Source: a virus
Lineage: Duplodnaviria; Caudoviricetes
Direction: 5' to 3' (one strand)
Length of the DNA: 40,353 nucleotides
Virus record (IMG/VR): IMGVR_UViG_3300049914_000047
Location: 1-40,353 of that record
The notes below the pieces were generated by a model, which was given only the letters and a program-made list of their open reading frames with translations, had not been told where the DNA came from and made no database searches. Positions 6,682 to 16,908 of the stretch are shown here, one piece after another (within the stretch, counting starts at the first letter, position 1; the number at the start of each line of letters is the position of its first letter). The position numbers were made by a program, and so were the translations under genes.

Positions 6682-6948
6682 TTATTTGTTTAAAAGTACA
6701 GTATATGTTGCACGGATGAAAGTTGCAAGAATTTCAAAATCGTCTCTTCCGGTACAATGGAACATTTCGACATTTCCTTTGACTTCTTTTTCGATGTCAA
6801 TTGTGACGTTCATAAATTTATCAACGTCAATGCCTTTTTCAAGTTCTTCTCGAATTTCGAGTTTTTCTTCTTCTGTGAGTTTTATAGTCTTTTTCATTAT
6901 TGGTATTTCTGCTACACAATGTCCATTACAATATTGTTGAGTTTTCAT
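6682..6948 (-). CDS. Hypothetical protein
   Basis: AAAGGG upstream; operon context. Confidence 0.65.
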   Translation of the reverse strand: MKTQQYCNGHCVAEIPIMKKTIKLTEEEKLEIREELEKGIDVDKFMNVTIDIEKEVKGNVEMFHCTGRDDFEILATFIRATYTVLLNK

Positions 6949-6976
6949 GATCTTGCCCTTTCTTGATTGTTATGAA

Positions 6977-7168
6977 TTAATAGTCTGTAGGATCTGGCAT
7001 ATTTATTTCAGCATTTGCATCCATTTGATCCACCTCGGAAAGTGGTTGTCGTTTACCTCTTTTCAATCCGCATTTAGAGCAAACGCGGACTTTCTTTCCG
7101 TCTATAATATCGATTGTCAATCTTGGCATTTTCCAAGACGAAAAACAAGTACATTTTTCCGTTGTCAT
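6977..7168 (-). CDS. Small Zn-binding hypothetical protein
   Basis: CxC ... CSKC; AAAGGG upstream. Confidence 0.6.
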   Translation of the reverse strand: MTTEKCTCFSSWKMPRLTIDIIDGKKVRVCSKCGLKRGKRQPLSEVDQMDANAEINMPDPTDY

Positions 7169-7297
7169 TTGTAATGCCCTTTATAATATACCTGCCACGA
7201 ACAAAAGGCTTTGTATCAGCATGAGACAAGATGCGCTAATGTCTATGACGGGCTTTAGTTTAATTTCTATGGTTTTATTGTGTCTCATGCTGGTATC

Positions 7298-7326
7298 AGT
7301 ATAATACACGGCAAGTCATTTGTCAA
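7298..7326 (-). promoter_or_regulatory. Sigma70-type promoter for the leftward operon
   Basis: TTGACA-17 nt-TATACT on the - strand. Confidence 0.75.
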
Positions 7327-7467
7327 GGGAAATCTTTACAAAATGCAAAAATACGTTAAATGACGTAGATAAAATTACCTGTATAAATACAGTGGAATAA
7401 GATCAAGTTAGTCGTATATATAGCGATTCATTAGGGATGTAGGGTTAAAGATATATTTGACAAGGAC

Positions 7468-7496
7468 TTGACTTTATCAATTAGATTTGCTATTAT
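7468..7496 (+). promoter_or_regulatory. Sigma70-type rightward promoter
   Basis: TTGACT-17 nt-TATTAT with an extended TGn. Confidence 0.6.
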
Positions 7497-7885
7497 ATTT
7501 ATGGATAGGATAGAGTGGGGAGGCTAACATAGGGCATTAAGTGAATGGTATAATCACCGATATTGTCGAAAAAGAAGATAGCAATCCTGCATGGCAACAC
7601 ATCAACGAAGAATCACACCGTTATGAATATGAAGAGATAATCGAAGTTGGGGGTGAGCCATTTTTAATCGGCGGTGGTAAACTTCCCAAAAGGCAGATAG
7701 AGTGAATGAAACCCTATGACGGTTCAAAAGATGTTATGGCAAAAATTGAACATCAATGCAGGAAATGCGGAAGCACAATAAATGACCATTATCTACATAA
7801 CAATCGGCATAATTTTAGGGATTGTAGGGACTGTAATTTATTGTGGTAATACTTTGGGTAGAATGGCGGGCAGTGCAATCAAGGC

Positions 7886-8104
7886 GTGGGTGAAATGAGT
7901 TTAATTAAAAGTATATCAGACGGGATGAAAAGATTCTTTCGTCGGCAGGAGAAGAAAGAACTGAAAGAAATCTCACATATAACTATGCCCAAACCTCAAG
8001 AGAGAAAAATAATCAAGCGAACAGGATATACGCGGGCAGGAATTAAGAAGCATCCACTACACGCGCATCATTTTGGGCAATTCAGTCCGATAAAAGAAAT
8101 ATAA
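7886..8104 (+). CDS. Hypothetical basic protein
   Basis: ORF coupled to the next gene by TAATG. Confidence 0.5.
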   Translation: MGEMSLIKSISDGMKRFFRRQEKKELKEISHITMPKPQERKIIKRTGYTRAGIKKHPLHAHHFGQFSPIKEI

Positions 8105-8310
8105 TGCCTGACTATACCGTATCTCAAAATATCTCAGAAGTAGAATGGCTGTTGATTAGAACCTTGAGAGACTTAATGACAAATAATTATGGCGAACTTT
8201 GGGTGACTATTCATGACGGCAGGATAGCGGACATAATCCCACAGGCCAAACCAAAGAATAGTATGCGAACTCCCATAGACAGGGAAATGATAAGGCTGTT
8301 ACAAACATGA
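8104..8310 (+). CDS. DUF2292/YezD-like small protein
   Basis: LRDL...YGELWVTIHDGRIADI pattern. Confidence 0.5.
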   Translation: MPDYTVSQNISEVEWLLIRTLRDLMTNNYGELWVTIHDGRIADIIPQAKPKNSMRTPIDREMIRLLQT

Positions 8311-8475
8311 GAGAAAGAATATTGGGTCAATTTTTTGATGAATTTATAAAAGTACTTACCATAGAAGCAGTACGGTTATGTTTTTGGTCACAATGGTATG
8401 ATATTAAATTACCTAATGGCATGATAATAAAGAAAAATAATTCCTAATTAACTTATAGCACTACTTAACAACTTT

Positions 8476-8516
8476 AAGCGTGTATTGACTCAGAAATGGG
8501 TCGGTGTGCGCTTTTT
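8476..8516 (+). terminator. Rho-independent terminator upstream of the packaging genes
   Basis: AAGCGTGTATTGACTCA-GAAA-TGGGTCGGTGTGCGCTT followed by a T-run; many G-U pairs. Confidence 0.65.
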
Positions 8517-8540
8517 ATTTATATGTAAGAATTACAAAGT

Positions 8541-8819
8541 ATGGCAGGTTCACGAAAAGGGAAAGAAAATAAATCGACGGCGTTAGTTAAGGAGTTAGTT
8601 CAATCCAATGTGGACTTTCCGAAACTGATTAAGAGATTGTCAATTCGGGCAATGAGGGATAGCGATCCGGCTGCAAGGCTTTTATTCGAATATGGATTTG
8701 GGAAAGCTCCGCAACCATTGGAGCATTCAGGTTCAATAGATTCGAATGTAAGGAATCTTACAGATGAGGAACGGGAAGCAAGGATAGCGAAACTTAAATC
8801 GAAATTAAATGCTAAATGA
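8541..8819 (+). CDS. Putative terminase small subunit
   Basis: Lies directly before terL; GSRKGKENK and EYGFGKAPQPLEHSG motifs. Confidence 0.65.
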   Translation: MAGSRKGKENKSTALVKELVQSNVDFPKLIKRLSIRAMRDSDPAARLLFEYGFGKAPQPLEHSGSIDSNVRNLTDEEREARIAKLKSKLNAK

Positions 8820-10281
8820 TAGCGAAATATTAGAATTAGAGACATTGGTCAGAGATAGAGAGATAAGTAGGGGTATATCCGATTTCTGGACATTCTGCAA
8901 ACTCAAAGCACCTAATTACTTCAGCGAGGACAGGGAGCATTTAAAGACTTTGGCTATAACATTGCAGAATTTCTCAGAAGGAAGGCTAATCAAGGCAGAT
9001 GGCATGTCCTACAAAAAGTTAATGATTAACATTCCGCCCAGACATGGCAAGTCAAGGAGTCTGATTAATTTCTGTCAGTGGAAATTAGGCAAAAATCAAA
9101 ACGAGAGAATCATAGAATGTTCTTATAACGATGATGTAGCCGGAGACTTTGCCAAGTACACACGGGACGGGATAGAAGAGAAGCGAATAGACGAAGAGCA
9201 TTTTGTCTTTTCAGATTTCTTTCCAAAGATTAAACTTAAATTCGGATCTCAATCATATTACAAATGGGCATTAGAAGGGCAGCACTTCAATTATTTGGGA
9301 GCTGGTATAGGCGGATCGATCACAGGCAAGGGTGGGAGTATTTTAATTATAGACGATCCGGTAAAGAACGAAGAAGAGGCTTTTAACGAGGACAGGCTCG
9401 ATAAGATTTGGCAATGGTATATAGGGACATTTCTTTCAAGAGGTGATACAGACACGGGCGAGAACCCGTTAGAAATTATTGTAATGACCCGGTGGAGTGA
9501 TAAAGATCTGTGTGGCAGAATTTTAGCATCAGACGAAGCCAAGGACTGGTATCAGATCAAGATGAAAGCCTATGATGATAAGACAGATACTATGCTTTGT
9601 GGTAAGGCCTTGAGCAAAGAAAGGTATTTAGAACTTCAGAAGAAAATGATGCCTGAAGTATTTTGGGCTAATTATCTGCAAGAGACAGTAGAAATCAGGG
9701 GATTACTTTATAAAACATTTAAAACCTACGATAATCTTCCTCAAGATAAAGATAAAAGGTTATTACTTGAGTCTATCCAGAACTATACAGATACGGCAGA
9801 TGAGGGTGACGACTTCTTATGCTCAATCAATTATGGAGTATATCAAGGCGAGGCCTATATCTTAGACGTGATTTATACTAAGGAAGGTATGGAGATAACC
9901 GAACCACTGACTGCCAAATTCTTATTTGAAGGTAAGGTCAATGAGGCACGGATAGAGTCTAATAATGGCGGGCGGGGATTCGCACGTAATGTTAAAAGAA
10001 TATTAGAAGAAACGCACAAATCTACCAAAACAGTAATTAAATGGTTTCATCAATCAGAGAATAAAAGAGCGCGTATCCTGAGTAACTCATCCTTTGTCCA
10101 AGAGCATGTTTATTTTCCCGTGAACTGGAAAGATAAATGGCCTGAGTACTTCAAGGCCATGTCAACCTATCTTAAAGAAGGAAAAAATAAACATGACGAT
10201 GCGCAGGATGCAATAACAGGCATGGCGGAGATGGTCTCTAAGTCTGAAGGATTTTACGATATGAGTAAGAGGGCAGCATGA
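8809..10281 (+). CDS. terL: Terminase large subunit
   Basis: Walker A (PPRHGKS), Walker B (LIIDDPVK), nuclease DTAD...HDDAQDA. Confidence 0.97.
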   Translation: MLNDSEILELETLVRDREISRGISDFWTFCKLKAPNYFSEDREHLKTLAITLQNFSEGRLIKADGMSYKKLMINIPPRHGKSRSLINFCQWKLGKNQNERIIECSYNDDVAGDFAKYTRDGIEEKRIDEEHFVFSDFFPKIKLKFGSQSYYKWALEGQHFNYLGAGIGGSITGKGGSILIIDDPVKNEEEAFNEDRLDKIWQWYIGTFLSRGDTDTGENPLEIIVMTRWSDKDLCGRILASDEAKDWYQIKMKAYDDKTDTMLCGKALSKERYLELQKKMMPEVFWANYLQETVEIRGLLYKTFKTYDNLPQDKDKRLLLESIQNYTDTADEGDDFLCSINYGVYQGEAYILDVIYTKEGMEITEPLTAKFLFEGKVNEARIESNNGGRGFARNVKRILEETHKSTKTVIKWFHQSENKRARILSNSSFVQEHVYFPVNWKDKWPEYFKAMSTYLKEGKNKHDDAQDAITGMAEMVSKSEGFYDMSKRAA

Positions 10282-11840
10282 ACACAGGGTACTTGACACA
10301 AAACCAGTTAATCAAACTCAAACTCATGTCTGATAAAGCCCTGATTGATACTACACGAATCAGCGACTTAATCAATAGTGACCTTGCAACAGAGCATAAG
10401 AAGAAAATGGAGGAAGGGACTGATTACTACAATACAAGGCATGACATTTTAGACCATTTAAACTATTACTACGAAGATGGCGATCAGCCAGTGGTAGATA
10501 AGATTAGCGTAAATAATATTATACCTCATCCTTTTCATAAAATATTGGTAGACCAGAAGGCCGCTTATATAGCGGGCAATCCGATTGTAATAGGTGTAGA
10601 CGATGAAACATTCCAAGAAGATTTAATTCTACATCTCACAGAGGACTTCGACGATATTGTAAATGATTGGATTAAGGGCGCGTCTAACAAAGGTGTAGAA
10701 TGGTTACACTTCTACATTGACCCCAAAGGTGAATTAGAATACATCATCTGTCCCGCCGAACAAATTATACCCGTTTATGATACACAATATCAGAATGAAT
10801 TAATCTATGTAATCAGGTTTTATATCTATGATTTAATAAGTCCGAGTGGTCAAAGCCAGCAAAGATATAAGGTAGAGTTTTGGGATAAAGACGAAGTGGA
10901 ATATTTCGCACAAACCGAATCGAGCAATTTCATTCATGATCCAGACTATGAAGTCAACCCCGCCCCGCATTGGTTTACATTCAACACAATGAATCCGGAA
11001 GTAAAGACTAATAATAGCTGGGGACGCGTACCCTTTGTAGGACTTTATAATAACTCGGAAATGTATTCAGACCTGCATCCGATTAAAGACCTGATAGACG
11101 CCTATGATAAAGTAAAGTCCGGTTGGTGCAATGATTTAGAAGACTTTGCAGAGCAAATTTTAGTTCTGAAAGGATTCACGGGTCTTAGGGGCAATGCAGA
11201 GATTGAGGCAGGGATAAGTCAATTAGCTTTATTTATAAAGAATCTTAAACGGCATAAAGTTGTAGCAATTGAAGGTGGGAGCGAATCAAGTGTTGAACCC
11301 TTAAAGAATGAGATTCCGGTAGAGGCTAAAGAAAAATTCCTAACCCTGACACGTAAAGAGATATTCTATTTTGGCGAAGGCGTAGATGTTTCAGATGAGA
11401 AAATAGGTAACAGTCCGTCCGGGATAGCCCTAAAGTTTCTTTATTCCTCGCTTGACTTAAAGGCTAATAGACTTATAAGAAAATTAAAGTCAGCACTCAA
11501 GGGCGCAATCTGGTTTGTAGTCGAATATTTAAATCTAACCGAGAATACAAAATACGATTATGAGCAGGTTACATTCACAATAAACAAGTCAATGATATTC
11601 AATGAAGCCGAAAAGATAGACTCACTTGTAAAGAGCAAAGACATTCTCTCAGAACAGACCATACTTGAGAACCATCCTTATGTCGAAGACGTACAAGGTG
11701 AGATGGACAGACTCAAAGTAGAGCGTGAGGAGAAGCAAAGGAAACAAATCGAATTAATTAAGAATCGCCCGGCAGTAGCCCCGCCAATTACAAGTAAAGA
11801 CACTAGGGTGGATGAGAGCCAAACACCGGGCGGAGATTGA
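10278..11840 (+). CDS. Portal protein (SPP1 gp6-like)
   Basis: F..LVDQK..Y..GNP, WGRVPFV..NN, SGIALKFLYSSLDLKA. Confidence 0.95.
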   Translation: MNTGYLTQNQLIKLKLMSDKALIDTTRISDLINSDLATEHKKKMEEGTDYYNTRHDILDHLNYYYEDGDQPVVDKISVNNIIPHPFHKILVDQKAAYIAGNPIVIGVDDETFQEDLILHLTEDFDDIVNDWIKGASNKGVEWLHFYIDPKGELEYIICPAEQIIPVYDTQYQNELIYVIRFYIYDLISPSGQSQQRYKVEFWDKDEVEYFAQTESSNFIHDPDYEVNPAPHWFTFNTMNPEVKTNNSWGRVPFVGLYNNSEMYSDLHPIKDLIDAYDKVKSGWCNDLEDFAEQILVLKGFTGLRGNAEIEAGISQLALFIKNLKRHKVVAIEGGSESSVEPLKNEIPVEAKEKFLTLTRKEIFYFGEGVDVSDEKIGNSPSGIALKFLYSSLDLKANRLIRKLKSALKGAIWFVVEYLNLTENTKYDYEQVTFTINKSMIFNEAEKIDSLVKSKDILSEQTILENHPYVEDVQGEMDRLKVEREEKQRKQIELIKNRPAVAPPITSKDTRVDESQTPGGD

Positions 11841-11948
11841 GTTTAGATGTACGAAGCCTCTTTTGAATTTCGAGGCGTTAATCGAAAGACTGTTAAGCGG
11901 ACACGCCGCGATAACAAGTGAACAGATAAATAATTAAGGAGCTTTACA

Positions 11949-12620
11949 ATGGACTTAAAGGAGATTTTTGGAGAAGAGCTTTCAACTAAGCTCACAACCA
12001 GCACTGACGAAACTGTTAAACAAGTCATAGTCAAACTCAATGAAAAGAAATTGATTTTAGACGATGGGAAATTAGTACCACAGTATAGAATCAAGGAACT
12101 ATCCGACCAGATCACAGAGAAGGATAGATTAATCAAAAAGAATGAGGACGATTTGAAAGCATTGAAACTTGAGGCGGAAAACATTCCCACTCTCAAATCT
12201 AAAATTACCGAAATGCAAACAAGCAATAAGGCAGCAAAGGATGAATTTGACGCGAATCAAATCAAGACAAAGAAAGACTTTGCTATAAAGGAATATTTAA
12301 TGAATGCAAAAGTTGGGGAAGCAGATGCCCGCGACCTTTTGATTCTCAAGTTTGATCCTACAAAAATTGAACTTGATGAAGCCGGGAAGGTTAAGGGTAA
12401 GTATGCCGAAGATACTTTGCAATCATTAATGACAAACCCTGCCTTTAAGCCTATGTTCGGAATGGTAGTGATGCAAGGACAGGAACATCAAGGCGGTGAC
12501 AATCCAAATCCTACTTTAGGAACATTAGAAGCTAAACTTGTCGCGGCTCAGAAAGCCGGAAAGATGGCGGAGGTAGTTGCTATCCGCAAGTTAATATTTG
12601 AAGAACAACAGAAAACATAA
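11949..12620 (+). CDS. Capsid scaffolding protein (Phage_GP20-like)
   Basis: Coiled-coil, VPQYRIKE motif, located between portal and capsid genes. Confidence 0.8.
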   Translation: MDLKEIFGEELSTKLTTSTDETVKQVIVKLNEKKLILDDGKLVPQYRIKELSDQITEKDRLIKKNEDDLKALKLEAENIPTLKSKITEMQTSNKAAKDEFDANQIKTKKDFAIKEYLMNAKVGEADARDLLILKFDPTKIELDEAGKVKGKYAEDTLQSLMTNPAFKPMFGMVVMQGQEHQGGDNPNPTLGTLEAKLVAAQKAGKMAEVVAIRKLIFEEQQKT

Positions 12621-12631
12621 AGGAACAAAAA

Positions 12632-13591
12632 ATGGCTGCACCAACAGGCGCAGGGACTACTTGGAACTGTCCCAATTACTTAGGTGACTTAATTCTCACA
12701 GCGTCACCGACCCAAACGCCCTTACTGGCAATGTCCGGCGGGCTAAATGGTGTCAAAGAAACAAATAATTTCATGTTTGCTATAGACCAAGAATATACGC
12801 AAACAACGGCGGCTCAACCGTCTATTACAGAGGATACTGCAATTGCAGGAGCACCAACGGCAATCACGCTTGTACGCGGTCAAGTACCTAATACTTGTCA
12901 AATCGTTCATGAGCAGATTGCTTTGTCTTATCCTAAAATATCGAATATGGGTAAACTATCAAGCTCTGGAGTATTAACATCTGGCACACCTTCCGTCCCA
13001 GTTAATGAGGAAGCTTTCCAGATCGCGGGGGCAATGGAAAAGATTGCAACAGACATGGAGTTTACAATTATTCAAGGTGCGTATGTTGCACATACTGTAG
13101 CCTCAACGGCTTCAACGTCGCGTGGTCTTAATGCTGCGGTGGTTTCATACGGAACAACTCAGGCGGCAAGCAATGCGACACTTACAAAGGTAATGATAAA
13201 CAAACTCTTGCGTGATATGTACGCGGCAGGCGCACGGTTTAAAAATCCCGTATTTGTAGTTAACGCATTTCAGAAACAAATGCTTTCATCTATTTATGCT
13301 TATGCCCCAACAGATCGGAACGTCGGTGGTGTGAATATCAAACAGATCGAAACAGACGTAGCGGTTATCGGTGTATTACTCGATCCATTTCAAGTTACAT
13401 CTGTTTTGGGTTTGTATGATATGGCGTTTGTATCAGTAGTTACTTGTCCAGTACCGGGCAAGGGAAATTTATTCTATGAACCTCTGGCTAAGATTGGTGC
13501 ATCTGAGAAAGGCCAGATTTACGGTCAACTTGGTGTCGATCATGGGCCGGGTTGGATGCATGGAACGATTACCGGTCTGGCAACGAGTTAA
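12632..13591 (+). CDS. Major capsid protein (DUF5309/SU10-like)
   Basis: TPLL..., NTCQIVHE, RNVGGVNIKQIETD, LAKIGASEKGQIYG, HGTITGL. Confidence 0.88.
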   Translation: MAAPTGAGTTWNCPNYLGDLILTASPTQTPLLAMSGGLNGVKETNNFMFAIDQEYTQTTAAQPSITEDTAIAGAPTAITLVRGQVPNTCQIVHEQIALSYPKISNMGKLSSSGVLTSGTPSVPVNEEAFQIAGAMEKIATDMEFTIIQGAYVAHTVASTASTSRGLNAAVVSYGTTQAASNATLTKVMINKLLRDMYAAGARFKNPVFVVNAFQKQMLSSIYAYAPTDRNVGGVNIKQIETDVAVIGVLLDPFQVTSVLGLYDMAFVSVVTCPVPGKGNLFYEPLAKIGASEKGQIYGQLGVDHGPGWMHGTITGLATS

Positions 13592-13602
13592 GGAGGCCTA
13601 CA

Positions 13603-14802
13603 ATGAATAAAATAAATGGAATGTTAGGCGTATCTCCCGAACTTAGAGCGGTGCTTGGAAATATCCAATTGCCCTTTATTCGCGGTGATTGGTTTATAGC
13701 CGATCCTTATAAAGTTACTACAGGTATTATTGGGATTGAAGGTTCTGTCGGTGATTTAGTCACCGCTTATGATGCGTGTGTAAGTGGGCGCGGTGATGGG
13801 ATTATAGTATTGAGCGGCGGGACTTCCGCGGCTCATACAACTTCCGACATTCACAGTGAATTGGATTGGTCAAAACATAATATCACGGTCTACGGTGTTT
13901 GCGCTCCGACTCGTATGTACCAACGTGCGAGAATAAATAGCAAGAATATTACAACCTCATCCGATGGTATAGCTTTTCCGACAGTGACTACAATTACTGA
14001 TTCATTGTCGGGATTTCTGACTGCTGGATTTAAGGTCGGCGATATTCTCCGTATCTACAATACGACCAGCAACACGAATGATGGCACTGGTCATATCATT
14101 ACGGCCGTAACTGCTGACACGATAACATGTGGAGCTTCAACTTTTACCGTAAAGACACATGCGGAAACCGGAACATCGGTTGTTATTGATACTTATTGTT
14201 CGAGTGTTATCACAGTATCTGGAAATAATAATTCCTTCTATAATCTCTTTATTAACAATGAAGATAATGATGCTTTGGCTCTTAATGCTTTAAAAGTAAC
14301 GGGGGCAAGAAATTATTTCGAGAACATTCATGCGGCAAATGCAATAGCAGACGCGGCATCTACTGTGGCTCGTAGTCTCTGGCTTACCGCAAGCACATGT
14401 CAAGAGAATACATTTGTTCGCTGTACTTTCGGTTCGGATACATACGACCGAGGGAACAATGCGACTTATGATATTCTTCTTAGTGGCGCGATTGCACGTA
14501 ATCGGTTCTATGATTGCGAAACGTCGAGAAGCACAACGGTTGGTGTAGCGGGTTTTGCAGTTTATGCAAGTGCTACAACAGGTGGACGGCCGACATTATT
14601 TGAAAATTGTCGGTTTATGTGCTGGTCAAGTGCTGGTGGGAATGCGAATCAGTCTTATATGTTTGCATCTACCGGAAACTGTGACTTTGTATGGTTCACT
14701 AAGTGTCTATATCCCGGATATGCTGCATTGAGTAATGATGCGGTTGCTTGGATAAGCAGCTCGTATAGTGCCAATGTAGGCTCTGGAATAATGTACTCGT
14801 AA
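13603..14802 (+). CDS. Putative beta-helix head fibre/decoration protein
   Basis: AGGAGG SD with ATG at 13603; pectin-lyase-like repeats (NSFYNL, NYFENI, NTFVRC, NRFYDC). Confidence 0.6.
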   Translation: MNKINGMLGVSPELRAVLGNIQLPFIRGDWFIADPYKVTTGIIGIEGSVGDLVTAYDACVSGRGDGIIVLSGGTSAAHTTSDIHSELDWSKHNITVYGVCAPTRMYQRARINSKNITTSSDGIAFPTVTTITDSLSGFLTAGFKVGDILRIYNTTSNTNDGTGHIITAVTADTITCGASTFTVKTHAETGTSVVIDTYCSSVITVSGNNNSFYNLFINNEDNDALALNALKVTGARNYFENIHAANAIADAASTVARSLWLTASTCQENTFVRCTFGSDTYDRGNNATYDILLSGAIARNRFYDCETSRSTTVGVAGFAVYASATTGGRPTLFENCRFMCWSSAGGNANQSYMFASTGNCDFVWFTKCLYPGYAALSNDAVAWISSSYSANVGSGIMYS

Positions 14803-14813
14803 CAAACTTTCTT

Positions 14814-14835
14814 CGGGGAGAGGAAACTCTCCCCG
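14814..14835. terminator. Stem-loop after the head genes
   Basis: CGGGGAGAG-GAAA-CTCTCCCCG perfect 9-bp stem. Confidence 0.55.
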
Positions 14836-14852
14836 TCGATTTAAGGATTTAT

Positions 14853-15134
14853 ATGATATTCAAAGTAAAGGCTAAAAATCTTGCAGTCTACGATCCTTTA
14901 ACGGATAAATTCATAGCAGAGTTTAGAAATAACACATTCGAGACTGACGATGAGGCGGTGATTGCGAGACTTAAAAAACTGGAATACTATCCTGAAGAAG
15001 CGACCGTATTAGCAAGTTTATTAGTTCCGGTAATTAAACCGGAGGATATTTCAATTACTCCAGTACCGAATTTCAAAAAGCCTTTAGATGAAATTAAAAA
15101 GAAGCGGGGACGACCCAAGAAGGAGAAACAATGA
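14853..15134 (+). CDS. Hypothetical virion-region protein
   Basis: C-terminal KKRGRPKK. Confidence 0.7.
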   Translation: MIFKVKAKNLAVYDPLTDKFIAEFRNNTFETDDEAVIARLKKLEYYPEEATVLASLLVPVIKPEDISITPVPNFKKPLDEIKKKRGRPKKEKQ

Positions 15135-15565
15135 AAAGAATTTTAAGTTTAACAATATGGCTGGTGTTTTTGGCATGGAGTTATAGTCCGGCTCAATCGA
15201 ATAATGTAAGCGAAACTATCGAATGGAAGACATTTTATCGAGATACACTTACAGCAACCCTCGATACAATGGATATTAAGTTTTTGAGTCCTGAGAGATT
15301 TGATACTTATTCGATTGTAGCTTATACCACAGCAGGTGCAGATACGGTTACAGTTTGTACAAAGACCAACGATGATACAACTTGGGTACCGTGTGGACTT
15401 GCAGATATGATGGATGCAGACGACACGGTTTCAATCGTAATCGGGACTGTGGCAAAAGAATATGAACTGCTCACTTCACAGCCAAATAGAATCAGGCTTG
15501 TATCTGCATCAAACGATGCTTCAACAACAATATTTATTGTTCAGGGCAAGAAAAGATACTGGTAA
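15131..15565 (+). CDS. Hypothetical protein with Sec-type signal peptide
   Basis: MKRILSLTIWLVFLAWSYSPA|QS. Confidence 0.7.
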   Translation: MKRILSLTIWLVFLAWSYSPAQSNNVSETIEWKTFYRDTLTATLDTMDIKFLSPERFDTYSIVAYTTAGADTVTVCTKTNDDTTWVPCGLADMMDADDTVSIVIGTVAKEYELLTSQPNRIRLVSASNDASTTIFIVQGKKRYW

Positions 15566-15568
15566 AAT

Positions 15569-16723
15569 ATGGCAACTAAAAAGATATTCTTAGGTGCAGA
15601 TGGTCAGATAAGATCGGGTACTGAAACTGGTGTGCCTTTATCTGTACCGATTCAATACTTACAAGACGGCGTAGATCAGACCTTTTATAGGTCTATAGTT
15701 GTGCCTTTGGGGTACACGGCTATATCTGCAATTACTTTGAGGTATAGAACCACTCACGCAGGGAATCTTTATCTAAAGTTTGCAGTAAGTCATACGGCTG
15801 CGGCAACGGCGAGCACGCCTACAGAAGATACATACGCCTATGCTGCTTATGCAGGCGCGGGCACGGGCGGGGCTATAACGAATATAACTGTACCGACAAC
15901 AGGTTATGATGTTTTAGGTACTCTGGTTGCGGGAGATATATTAGGTATAGCGGCAGAGAGAGATGCTTCAAATGTCTTAGATACCTATGCTTCTGATTTT
16001 GGAGTAGTGGGGTTCTTGGTTGAGTTTACCGTTGCAACTGTAAGTGGTGGTACGGTAGCGGCGGCGGATAATGCGATTGTAACTTTAGATGAAGTAAAAG
16101 ACTTTTTGAAAATCTCATTAACCGACGATACACATGATGATTTTTTACAACTTTGGATAAATGAGTACTCAAGTTCCATAGAAGAAATGATAGACAATAA
16201 AGCCAAGTCTCAAACCATTACAGCGGAGACCGGACATGGCAATGACAGGTATAAATATAGACCTAAGTATTATCCCATAGTAGCAATTGGAATTGTAGGG
16301 GCAACAGATGCACAGAAATTGGCCTCAGTGCAGTACTTGGATGAATCTGAAGACCCGGATGTATGGACTGACTTAGAGGATGACTTAACGAATTTCGTTT
16401 TGCATAATCCGGTCAATAAAGATTCTAACGATCAAAATTCATTCACTATCGAATCGCTTGATGTGGTTTTTCCTGCAAGTGTAACTGGAAAAGAGAATAT
16501 TAAACTAACCTATCAAGCAGGATACTCGACAGTCCCCACAAGGATAAGAACGGCTTGTCTTAAACTGGTAGCAGATTTTTACAAGCAATCCATGAAGGGC
16601 GACTCAAGATTTGGCTTAGAGTCAATTTCAAGAAGTGAAGGCGGGGGAAATAGTTCGACAAGATACAAAGACGTAATGGTAGAGGTTGATAAATTACTCG
16701 AACCATACAAGAGGAAATATTAA
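15569..16723 (+). CDS. Head-tail connector (gp6/gp15-like) with an N-terminal extra domain
   Basis: IVTLDEVKDFLKI...D.FL, LTYQAGYSTVP..IR.ACL.LV, LLEPYKR. Confidence 0.8.
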   Translation: MATKKIFLGADGQIRSGTETGVPLSVPIQYLQDGVDQTFYRSIVVPLGYTAISAITLRYRTTHAGNLYLKFAVSHTAAATASTPTEDTYAYAAYAGAGTGGAITNITVPTTGYDVLGTLVAGDILGIAAERDASNVLDTYASDFGVVGFLVEFTVATVSGGTVAAADNAIVTLDEVKDFLKISLTDDTHDDFLQLWINEYSSSIEEMIDNKAKSQTITAETGHGNDRYKYRPKYYPIVAIGIVGATDAQKLASVQYLDESEDPDVWTDLEDDLTNFVLHNPVNKDSNDQNSFTIESLDVVFPASVTGKENIKLTYQAGYSTVPTRIRTACLKLVADFYKQSMKGDSRFGLESISRSEGGGNSSTRYKDVMVEVDKLLEPYKRKY

Positions 16724-16908
16724 TGAAATATCCAAGAATAAATCGCAAAGAATTAACGCCCAAACAAAAAAAGACTTTTAACTATTGGCGGAAAGTGATT
16801 AAGCGAGAAGTCGATATGCTAAATCCTGAATTAGGTTTAGGCAGAGAGAAAGTTGAAACAATAGCATGGAATGTTGCCTTTATGTTTTTAACGGATGAGG
16901 GAAACTAA
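16723..16908 (+). CDS. Hypothetical protein
   Basis: TAATG-coupled on both sides. Confidence 0.6.
   Translation: MKYPRINRKELTPKQKKTFNYWRKVIKREVDMLNPELGLGREKVETIAWNVAFMFLTDEGN

Noticed and set aside
6329-6940. 203-aa + strand ORF
   Set aside because: It is the antisense shadow of three - strand genes that have good SD sites.
13552-13602. Upstream starts in the ORF track (13552; likewise 19269, 27269, 2013, 34733)
   Set aside because: Downstream starts with SD sites and/or intact signal peptides fit better, and most of the upstream starts overlap the previous gene.
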